Positions 1 through 11,878 of a DNA stretch of 64,000 nucleotides are shown in pieces (positions within the stretch are counted from its first letter, which is position 1; every line of letters starts with the position of its first letter). Made by a program: the position numbers and the translations under genes. The notes under the pieces were generated by a model. It did no database searches, was not told the origin of the DNA, and was given only the letters and a program-made list of their open reading frames with translations. This stretch comes from Octopus sinensis (lineage: Eukaryota). The stretch is from contig NC_042999.1 in the NCBI RefSeq assembly GCF_006345805.1, positions 34,968,001 through 35,032,000 on the forward strand. The letters run 5' to 3'.

Positions 1-199
1 TACACCGGATTAGATCTATATCAATTAAGGATAGTGTAAATTCGACATGTGCATATGTACTAGTGTTTATCGTTGGTTCTTCTTCGATCTTACATTTTTT
101 GAAGTTCCAGATGTCGCTAAAGATGTTATCATTTTTTCGATATAGGAGAAAACTTTTAACAATACAAAGATAATGGCGAATACATCCATAGAATAATCA

Positions 200-3100
200 A
201 TATATTTATTATAATGGTCAATTCATGTTATCTACGCACGTTTCGGTTTGTTACTTAAATATATATTAATGCAATTAAATTGCATTATGCATTTGAACAA
301 GCAAAAACATTCGATAGAGCCAAAATTGACTGTTCAAAAGATTAAAACTTGGCTGTTATTTTCTCATACATCTTCATGGAGAATTCATGCCAATTGAATT
401 TTAGTAAGAATGTCTTGGATTATATTCTAAAAACAGCTGGAGATTGATTTCAACCCTACTGGACAAGGGACAGGCATAGTTCAGAAGAACTACGTCATAT
501 TACTATTCATCCTTTTAGTGGTGCAATTCATTTTCAATTTTAAGTATGTTTGTAAGCACATTCCTCATTAACTATGTAGGTTTATAAATTTACCTTTATC
601 ATTTGCACAATCTATCATGCTCACATTATATATCTATATGTTCTTATTCATTGGTAAAAAAACAAATTTAGGTGTGTACTTATTTGCTATCTTTTACTTA
701 TTTATTTTGTTTATTCTTATTGTAATAAGTTCTATTAGTTATTGTAATATAATTTATTATTTAGACATTTTATTTAGAGAGTTTGGGTTTTTAACTGGAG
801 CAATTTAAGTTCAATGTGGGTATATTCATCTTTAGGAATTATTGTTATGTAAAATATATTTATTTAATTATATTAATTACAAATTATTTAAATTTATTAA
901 ATGTATACTTAACTCAATGTACACAATAAAGGCCTCTTTGTCTCTTGTTTTATAATTTATTTAGATGTAAGAATTTGATCAATTTCGTCTATGCAGAATT
1001 CACATCTTTTTCTGAATGCTATGAAGTTTTGCTCGGTTAATTATTTCCAACCTAAGTGTATATTCCCTATTTTTATCCTTAATGGCCCAAATTAGTTTTC
1101 TAAGACTAATGCGTGCTTCTTTTCACCTATCCCTAAAGGTGTTTTCATGGTTCGCAATCCTTCTTTTTACATCATTTTTAGTAGAACCTATATAGTAGTA
1201 ATCCTGTCTCTCTGATGTTACCTTACATCTATATATGACACATTTTCCCTACAAAAATTTCTTAATGAACGTCGATCTTCCTTGGCACAATCACAGGTTT
1301 TATTTTTAGGAGCGTTCCCTATTTTCTTTCCAAATCTTTTGCGCTTGTGTACTATGTCCCCTGAGTTACTCTGGTTGTATTTATTTACTATGTTAGGGGT
1401 CTTAACTATTAACCAATATATTTTATCATTGCTTATCTTTATAAATTCTAATTTCTATATCGCTTTCTCTTTCACGATCGTTACTACTATTACAAATACC
1501 AGCAGTTATATTTGTATTATTAGTATTTGTGTTTCATCTATCGTGTTTGTTATTATTATCATACTTATTATTTTTCCTTATTAGTTAGCTTATATCTTTG
1601 TATTCCAGTGGGGAGTCACTAAGGGTTACTGCCCTTCCTTCGTTTCTCGTGTATCTAATACGACCAATACGTTTTTCGTTATTTTAGTCATTTAATAATT
1701 CATTTATATTTTCTTTACCCTTTTTATTATGGAAATAATTTAATCTTTTGGTATTTTATATAGCTATAATTTGTGCCATGTTTCGTGAAGTACAAAAACC
1801 AGTTCTTAACTTGTGCGTGTCTATGATTTTATGGTATTTGTTTTCCTCAGAAAAATGCGTACAGACCGCTGTGTAAAATAATTTCACTATATTGTTTTAA
1901 TTTGTTTTGCAAAAGGTATTATGAACCATGTCACATTATCTTAAGAATAACTTTCAAGGGGGTTAATTTCATTTATATATGGATGTGATTTTTTACAGAT
2001 TTGTTAGGTACATTACCGTGTAGCTTCTCGGATCCCACCTTTTTGTGGTTTATTGTTCCATTTTGGTTTGTACTTATATAATTATAATTACTCTTGTTAT
2101 AGTGTTTTGACACTTACTTTCTATCTTACTATCTTCGATTTTTACTATTTCCTTACTGTTTATATCCTTGTTATATGTATTTCGTTCTTTTACGTTTTCT
2201 AACTTTTTCTTGATGTTTTTTTCTTATATTATTCCTACCTCATTTACACCTTCTTCTATCTGTAACTATTTTATCTTCGTGTTTATTTATTTCCGTGTTA
2301 ATATTATCATAGTGAATCTGGTTTTTCGTATAGTTATTATTATTAGAAACAAAGCTTGGTCTTTTGAATTTTAACTTTTGTTTGTATCTGGATTTACGTA
2401 GTGCTATGTTATAATAGTCTACATTGTGTTTAAAGATTTCCTCGTTCGCCGAGAGTCTAGAAATTGTTTTTAAAATATTTTCAAATAATTTATGTGTAAT
2501 ACTTTTGGATGATTACTATTTATGTTAAAGTACCTTAGACTAGTATTCGGTTTATAGTATGATTTATGTTTACCTGTTTCTAGATCTAAGTTAAGGTCCA
2601 AGAAGTTGACTGAGTTATATTCATTTTCCATAGAGACGGATTGCCGTATATTTTTCAAAAATTTATAAAATCTTATTTTATATATTTCTAATCTTCTATT
2701 ATAGATGTTGCCTAAGGTAAAAAGTGCGTTATCCCTGTATAAGCCCCCTCCTAGTTCTGAAAATGTCCTACCTAAGTTAAATAGTATATATGCCCACTAA
2801 ATCTGTGACATGTGCTGAGTCAGCAGATCCCGTTATTATGTCAAGACTATCGCTAGTGTCTTTCCTTACCAAGTAATTGTTGTCGAATATTATAATAGAT
2901 TTTCTAGCTGCTGGTATTATGTTGATTTTGCTCATATTAGATTTGAATTCTTTTTTTGCAAACAAGAGGGCCATATTTGGTAGTACAGTGTTAATAGAAG
3001 AATAGAAGCCATTAATATCAATTTGAATAAAATTTTTTCGTCTTTTTGTTGTCTAATTCATTACAACAATTTAGTACTTCCAGTGAGTTAAACCATAGTT

Positions 3101-3318
3101 TTATTTTCAATAAGTTTCCAAGTGTATGTATTATATTTATTAATTATTACTTTGCTTATCTTTCCTGAGTCGGATTTACCTGGGCATATGAATCTAACGC
3201 TAAGGTTACTGCTAAAATTAGGCTTATGGTCTTTTAAATCTATTCCAGATCTTCTTGGTTCGAATGATTGTTTTGTACTCAATATATATTACTAGTTATG
3301 ATTTCCTTAGTCTCATTC
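200..3318 (-). mobile_element. Degenerate near full-length Penelope-like retroelement (Naiad-type): RT, linker, GIY-YIG endonuclease, 3' UTR with HHR relic
   Basis: Minus-strand translations: DIITGSADSAHVTDLVGIY and GGLYRDNAL (RT; YRDD decayed to YRDN, ~2720-2850); VNFLDLNLDLETGKHKSYYKPNTSLRYFNINSNHP (~2500-2610); WFIIPFAKQIKT...KYHKIIDTHKLRTGFCTSRNMAQII (~1760-1930); CDCAKEDRRSLRNFC Cys-linker then VIYRCKVTSERQDYYYIGSTKNDVKRRIANHENTF (GIY-YIG, ~1135-1295). Many stops and frameshifts. Confidence 0.88.
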
Positions 3319-3331
3319 TTAATCATTCATT

Positions 3332-3503
3332 GATAGATAGATAGATAGATACATACATACATACATACATACATACATACATACATACATACATACATAC
3401 ATACATACATGCATGCATGCATACATACATACATACATACATACATACATACATACATACATGCATGCATGCATACATACATACATAAATAGATAGATAG
3501 ATA

Positions 3504-3540
<37 letters not shown>

Positions 3541-3694
3541 AGATAGATAGATACATACATACATACATACATACATACATACATACATACATACATACAT
3601 ACATACATGCATGCATGCATACATACATACATACATACATACATACATACATACATGCATGCATGCATACATACATACATACATACATACATAA

Positions 3695-3781
<87 letters not shown>
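3332..3781. repeat. Compound (GATA)n/(CATA)n/(GCAT)n microsatellite with higher-order repetition
   Basis: Direct inspection; source of the YVCM/IYLS pseudo-ORFs. Confidence 0.97.
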
Positions 3782-3782
<1 letters not shown>

Positions 3783-3794
3783 GCGTACATATAT

Positions 3795-4068
3795 ATATTT
3801 GTGAAAGAAGACAGCAAATAACGATGCATAACTACCATCTCAAGTCATATACATTATTTTTATATTATTCTTAAATTAATAGAGGCCTTACAGCTGTTTC
3901 TAGTAGGATATCCCAAGCGATAGGCAAGTATGCATGCTACTCACCTATCATAGGGATATCCCGCAAACAGCTGTAACACCTCAACTGATTTAAGAATAAT
4001 ATAGAATAATGTATATGAGTGGAGATGCTTGTTATGCCTCGGCGTTTGTTGTCCTCGTTCACAAATAT
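3795..4068. repeat. Long imperfect inverted repeat (fold-back element end)
   Basis: Arms atatttgtgaa...ggatatccc / gggatatccc...ttcacaaatat, ~120 bp each and visibly diverged; both carry an AAACAGCTGTAA HHR-like 3' half. Confidence 0.85.
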
Positions 4069-4200
4069 ACATCTGCTAAATCGGAAACATCAAGTGAATC
4101 TATAGCTCCCATCTCGATTTTCGAGCTTGAAACACTGATAATCCATTACGGCACTTATCCAGCGTACCTATTCGTTTAGATCACCGGTGAACTAAATCCC

Positions 4201-4747
<547 letters not shown>

Positions 4748-4757
4748 ATATATATAG

Positions 4758-5090
<333 letters not shown>

Positions 5091-5142
5091 GCTCCAACAC
5101 ACGAACTTATATAAAGAATCTTGCAAACCAAATCCCAAAACG

Positions 5143-5180
<38 letters not shown>

Positions 5181-5182
<2 letters not shown>

Positions 5183-6056
5183 TAAAAGCAATTAAGATTC
5201 AAGTGAGTTCTGTTGAATTCACATGAATGAGGTACTTAACTTAGATGCACCAGAAATCTATATGGTATTAACCATAAGATAATGCGGGGTGATTATAAAC
5301 AAGAAAAAAGCAACAAAAATGGATCAATATTTCGGTACAATTGTTTCGTACGAAGACCACCTTTATTAAGGCTGCAAATATTGCAGCAAATACACGTGAC
5401 CTATACTCATCAGCCGAAAAAACATCTGAGTTCTCAAAACATCTAAGGGGGTGAGGCTACACTCATGAAACATTCGGGATAGTTCTATAAAAATCAGATT
5501 TAGATATTAAACGGACTTCCAAGGTTCTTTAATGTTGCACAGTCAAATAACAGGCTTTAAAAAAGTATTTTAAAAAACCTCATAGTTTCACAGAAATTGA
5601 AAATGTAAATCCATCCATAATAATGAAGTATGTTTGAATTCTGGAGATATGAGGAGAGATTTCATACTCACAGACAATGTATTTATCCATAATTAGTTCA
5701 TAATAAAGTGGGTTTCCTGATGTATGATGGTTGCATTTCTGATCATTTCTCAAAACTGCTATGTTAGAATTTGTTGAAGGAAATTTAGTGGAGCGTATAG
5801 ACAATCACTCACAGAGGGTATAATGGGGTAACTGAGAAGAAATGGGGTTGTAAATATCTACCTACGCAGAATAGTTTATTTCAGTGGAGACAAGCTGACT
5901 GGGTCAGAATTTGTAAGAATCTAAGTGTTTTAAAAAAAGGAAAGCTAATCTTTCAGTGGAAACAAAATGTTTCTCATTGCTCACTTTCTGTATATATATA
6001 TACATATATATATATATATAAAACTTTATACAGAAAGTGAGCAATGAGAGACATTT
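5181..6056 (-). mobile_element. PLE-derived relic ending at (TA)n, with HHR and terminal inverted duplication
   Basis: Carries the intact HHR at 5330-5419; 27-bp inverted pair (5965-6056) around a (TA)n spacer; coding similarity is only weak. Confidence 0.55.
5330..5419 (-). ncRNA. Type I minimal hammerhead ribozyme
   Basis: Minus strand UUUCGG-CUGAUGA-GUA...UAC-GAAA-CAAUUG-UA-CCGAAA: perfect 6-bp stem I, canonical core, palindromic stem III loop. Confidence 0.85.
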
Positions 6057-6570
6057 GTAATGCCCTCACTTGATCAACAGGATGTAGCAGCAGATGGCTG
6101 TCACACAATGCCCAACAGCAAAACTTTATCATCTAACAACTGGTCAATAGGAAAATAAATCATATTTATCTTTCGAAGCAAAACCTTAGATTGAAATATC
6201 TGCCATCGACCAAATTCTGCCCGATAGAGGAGGAGGAGGATGACGACGACGACGACGACGAGGATGACGATACGATGACGACGACAGCGACGATGATAGA
6301 CAGATTGTCATCATTCAGATTTGATAAAACTCTACTATTTGACGGACACATATTGCATATTTAATCAATTCCAGAAGGATTATATGTAAAGTAGATTTGG
6401 GGGATGTGATTCGAAATGTAAAGCAATTCTGCTTTAAAACTTCAGAATAATTTATTCAGTGACAGTTAGTTCTGCCATCCGTAACAGCTGAATTATGTTA
6501 AAACATCAAAATGAACGAATGGCTGCGTGGTTAAGAAGTTCGTTTTGCAACTACAAGGTTCCCAGGGATT

Positions 6571-6806
6571 TATGAGGGAGAGCTGAAAAGTTCCTGGCTT
6601 TCAGGGTATCGCGAAAGTCCTGGCTGGAGACCCAGCCTTCTGTGGGTTTTTTTGTTTTGTTTTTCATAGGGCTTAGAAAAACTGAAGGACCGCTGCAATA
6701 AGTGTGTGGTTCTGAGAGGAGAATGTGTTGAATAAAATCATAATTAACTGATCCTTCAATATTTTCATTTGTCCAAAGCCCAGGAATTTTTCAATACACC
6801 CTCATA
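6571..6806 (+). mobile_element. Internally deleted mariner element (MITE)
   Basis: TIRs tatgagggagagctgaaaagttcctggcttt / aaagcccaggaatttttcaatacaccctcata, TA ends; internal GLEKLKDRCNKCVVLRGECVE* matches a mariner transposase C-terminus. Confidence 0.85.
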
Positions 6807-6930
6807 TAATTCTTTATAGATAATTAAATAGATAGATAGATAGATACATACATACATACATACATACATACATACATACATACATACATACATACATGCG
6901 TACGTACGTACATGCATACTTACATAAATA

Positions 6931-7660
6931 GAGAAGACCACTACATCACATCACCCTTTGAAGGCTATGCATTTGCAATCCACAAAGAACTTGGCGAACA
7001 AGAGAGACAGTGACGCTCTTGTAATCCCAAGGTGCAACCGCATGTGTAGCCTATGTCATGTTTCTTTGGAAGACATTAAGCATGTGATTAGCAGCTGTCC
7101 TAAAATGTCGTCACAGTACTACTACCTCCCTATGCGGTACGATGTTGTTGCTAAAACAATTTACAATTCCATCCGCAAATAAAAAATGCCCTGAAATAAA
7201 CTTCCCTCTATTATGGAATACCTTCATAAACACCAACTCAAGGAATACTGGTGGAATATTTCCATAAAAACTTCTGTCAATGTAAACATAACAAGCCAAT
7301 ATTGTTGTTTGGGACGAGGAGCAAAGGTGTGTACCATCATAGAGGTTAGCTGCCTGCAGATATCTCTTTGAAAGCAAAGAAAAACAGGATATCTATGAAC
7401 AACTGCCTCGAAATCTCCAGCTTTTATATCCAGACTATGAATTCATAAATGCTTAAATGAGAATTTGGATAAACTGGGATTTTTAGAAAGAGAAATTAAT
7501 CGGCTGACTCGTACATTAAAAGACCAGTCTGTGAGTAGAACAATAAAAATATGCAAGACTTTTCTCAAGTTCCAAATGTGTTTGTGTTTGTCTGTGTTTT
7601 CTACATCCCAAAGATAGAGCCTTGTATTTTTGTTGGAAACCGGCTCTAATTAAAACGTAG
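6931..7660 (+). mobile_element. 5'-truncated RLE-type non-LTR retrotransposon (R2/R4/NeSL group), C-terminal relic
   Basis: CSLCHVSLEDIKHVISSC CCHC knuckle, RYDVVAKTIY, YWWNISIKT, KHNKP(D)IVVWD..CTIIEVSC restriction-like endonuclease motifs with frameshifts; flanked by (CATA)n on both sides. Confidence 0.85.
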
Positions 7661-7669
7661 AAGAGACAA

Positions 7670-7848
7670 ACATACGTACATACCTACATACATACATACA
7701 TACATATATACATACATACATACGAAGGTAGGTAGGTTAGTAGGTAGGTAGGTAGGTAGGTAGGTAGGTAAGTAGGTAGGTAGGTAGGTAGGTAGGTAGG
7801 TAGGTAGGTAGGTAGGTAGGTAGGTAGATAGGTAGGTAGGTAGGTTGG
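7670..7848. repeat. (CATA)n/(TAGG)n microsatellite
   Basis: Direct inspection. Confidence 0.95.
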
Positions 7849-9778
7849 TCTCTTTGGTGTATATCGGGAAAGAACATAAACATTGTCGATAAAACTGAAA
7901 ACCCCTTGGAATTCCAATGAAGCAGTTCTTTATATTACTTCTGACCAAGTTATGTACACATTGATGTCACTAACATCGCCAGCCATACGCTCAACGAGTG
8001 ACTGACTTGCTGTGCTGGAAAACTTGTAACATGCATTACCCGCATTTAATAAGTGATATGAAACAGAACGAGTTCTACGCCATCTCTGATTGATTTTCTC
8101 TTAAAGACTGTTTTGAGCATATCGATAGTACCTTTCTTGTGTTTCTTGAATGTCCTGCACATGGATACGGAGATCACAAATAATGGAATGAGAACTTCCA
8201 ATCTAAGGCTACTCCTACAGGGCCCGGGTAAATAACGCCAGGAAACTGAGATAAGTTATTACTCTCATACATTTGCATATACAAAAGTAATTCACGACCG
8301 TATATGAGATTGTATAAAAGTCTGCATGTGTATGATGACGAAAGAATGAGGTAAAGAATGACGGAGTAAATCATTATACGCATATGAATATATACGTGTT
8401 TGTTTGTATATATTAATGTATTTTTGCGCATGTGTAAATGCAAGTATTTCTAAATTCATATATGTGGGCGTGTATGCGTGAGTGTGTGTGCGTGCGTGTA
8501 GGACCATAAACATGTTTGTATAAGTTAATAAGATTCATCATTTATCTATTTTATATTTTTCAAATATCAAGAAAGTAAACTTGTTGACTCAAAAATATAG
8601 ATTTTTAAATGATGCAAAAAGATTTATTGGGTATGTTTGATATGAAATCAAAGAAACTTGGTGTCCAGTATTTAAAACTTTGAAATTACATTTATCTCAT
8701 CAGCAATGCTACAGGCCTGGATTGCATGATTCCATGAAAGGAAAAATTCCATAGTAATTTGACAGAATAAATCTCTCAGACGAAATTGTTTTTGTTCCAT
8801 TTGATCTTGTTATTTGACTTTTAATCAAATCATATTTCATAGCAATATCTTGTCATTTAATCTTACAATGAAGATTTCTAATTTTCTATGATATTTCATT
8901 GGATGAATAATTTTGCAATCGCCAGATACTGAATAAAACTCTCCTGAATATTTCATTTTATTTCTTCACTTATTATACAATACATATTCCCCTGGCCACT
9001 GATGCAAATAACTTGAGAGAGATAGAGAGGGGAATAGAAAGAGATGATGAATGAAAACAAAACTTCCATCAAAATAATTAGGGTAGCCATTTGAAAAAGG
9101 TTTCCGAATTAGCATATATATTGATATTTCGCTTAAACTTAAATGATGTTGAAATTTGTAGTCAGAAGATCAAATATCGCTTTGCCGTACTACAGTGCAA
9201 TAAGGATGAGTTCTTTTATCGTTTCTCACTGCTTTTCTTTTTTTACTTCTTGCACTACCTCCACTCTGGGAGATCAACCTGGACTTCGGTTTAACTCATG
9301 ACTGTAAACAGAGATTAAGGTAAGATAGTATCACCGAAAGTAGATGACTGTACTTATTTGCAAACAGCGTAAGATAATAAACGACAATTTTGTTGTTACG
9401 GCAGTATCTTTCTACTAAATTGCCGGATACTTCTACTTTCAAAACTACACATTTTAGCCATCGATATAATACAGTGATAGCAGATATTCTGATAAGAGTG
9501 GTGATTGTAATATTCATAAAAATATTTTTGTAGAAAATTTCGTAGTATTTTAGGATAATTCTTACTATATCTTCAGCAATGTAATTATAGGATAAATCTC
9601 TACGGATGGGTGCGATCATTACACAGCGTAATCAAACCTTCATTCATGAAAATAGGATGATTATTAGCTTTATGTTGTACGTAATGGATATTTCTATTAC
9701 TTCTAAAATTCCGGACATATAATTACATCTATTTATCTCTTTCATCTTGATAGATACGTATATATTCCCACATACATT

Positions 9779-10245
<467 letters not shown>

Positions 10246-10274
10246 TCATACATATGTGACAATTCATATATATC

Positions 10275-10454
10275 TGACAATTAGTTGGTTGGCATAATAA
10301 TAAAACTCAGAGTTTCGGATACCGGGGCTGAAGTTTACTTCGGCATCTCATCAGTTAATTTGTTTTCATAGCGTCGGTATCCGAACTCTGAGGTTTTATT
10401 ATGACAGCCAATTAATTGTCAAGTAGTATATTTATAGGTATATACATATATATA

Positions 10455-10535
<81 letters not shown>

Positions 10536-10597
10536 TATACATATATATATACATATTATATTTATAGATAAATTCCTCTATTTTATATAATATCGAG
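10275..10597. mobile_element. Fold-back family X copy, interrupted by (TA)n
   Basis: Inverted arms 10275-10325 / 10374-10421; the family tail (agataaattcctcta...atatcgag) resumes after (TA)n at ~10560. Confidence 0.75.
10299..10360 (-). ncRNA. Hammerhead ribozyme-like motif (family X)
   Basis: AAUUAA-CUGAUGA-GAUGCCG...CGGUAUCC-GAAA-CUCUGAG-UU-UUAUU; one extra C at the stem II base. Confidence 0.65.
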
Positions 10598-10690
10598 CAG
10601 TAATTTCATAGCAATACGTTTCTGCACTAAATTCTTTTGTTGCCATATTATTATTATTATTATTATATTATTATTATTATTATTATTATT

Positions 10691-10727
<37 letters not shown>

Positions 10728-11443
10728 AAATGATAGAGATGAGAAATGGAATATTCAAGAAACTTTATTGCACGCAACGATCGTTTCGACCCATTCTGCA
10801 TCGATCCCTCGCGGGTGCGGTACTGTACACCCGGTTGTGGTTGGTACATTCCTCGATACAGAAGCACCGCGTCGGATCATTTTATAAGGGGTTTCTCGTT
10901 AAACAAATCCTGTTTCGCTCTGTCTTAATACAGGATCTTGTTAGTGACCGCATATATGTATATGTATGTATTTATGTGTGTGAGTATCTTCGTGTGTGTA
11001 TCTATGTGTAGACATCTATGTATCTTACGTAATGTATATCCACCTTCCTTAAGTCAGTTATTACTGCAGTATTTGCCCTGCGATAACATCTTTTAAGGAC
11101 ATGCTGAGTTAGAAACAGAATATATACCATAGAGAGATGAAAATTCGTCTCTCTCCTTATCTCTTGTTTCTGTAACAGAAATCATTTGCACGTGATCAAC
11201 TTGTTACCACAGCGAGATACCAACCTCTCTGCCAGCACACTTAGATTTATCTGCTCATAAAGTCAGTTTTGACTGTCCTTGAGTCTCATTAGAGTTACTT
11301 TGCCAGTCATTAAGATATGCTATTAAACCAAAAAGGGTTAGCTCACACCCTTCTACATTCGTACATGCATATTCATTTACATAGTGTATATATATATATA
11401 AATAAATTTGTATGTGAGTGTGTTTCTGTCTGTATATATCTAC

Positions 11444-11490
<47 letters not shown>

Positions 11491-11498
11491 TGCAGTCG

Positions 11499-11878
11499 TG
11501 GAGTCGCAATGGCCTAGTGGTTAGGGAAGCGGACTCACGGTTGTAGGATCGCGGTTTCGATTCCCAGACCGGGCGTTGTGAGTGTTTATTGAGCGAAAAC
11601 TTCTAAAGCTCCACGAGGCTTCGGCAGGGGATGGTGGCGAACCCTGCTGTACTCTTTCACCACAACTTTCTCACACTCTCTCTTCCTGTTTCTGTTGTAT
11701 CTGAATTTCAAAGGGGCTAGCTTTTCCCACTCTGTGTCCCTCTGAATTTCCCCGAGAACTACGTTAAGAGTGGATGTGTCTGTGGAGTGCTCAGCCACTT
11801 GCATGTTAATTTGACGACCATGCTGTTCCATTGATCGGATCAACTGCTACCCTTGTCGTCGTAGCCGACAAAGTGTCA
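11499..11878 (+). mobile_element. tRNA-derived SINE, family A (tRNA-Arg-like head)
   Basis: A box tggcctagtgg, B box ggtttcgattcc; colinear with the 47211 and 59069 copies. Confidence 0.9.

Noticed and set aside
11108-11176. Pre-miRNA-like hairpin
   Set aside because: Tiny loop, large internal mismatches and simple GA/TC composition.
11499-11580. tRNA gene-like sequences (also 47211, 59380-59456, 56560-56642)
   Set aside because: SINE heads: they continue into shared bodies, some have TSDs, and they lack a proper acceptor stem.
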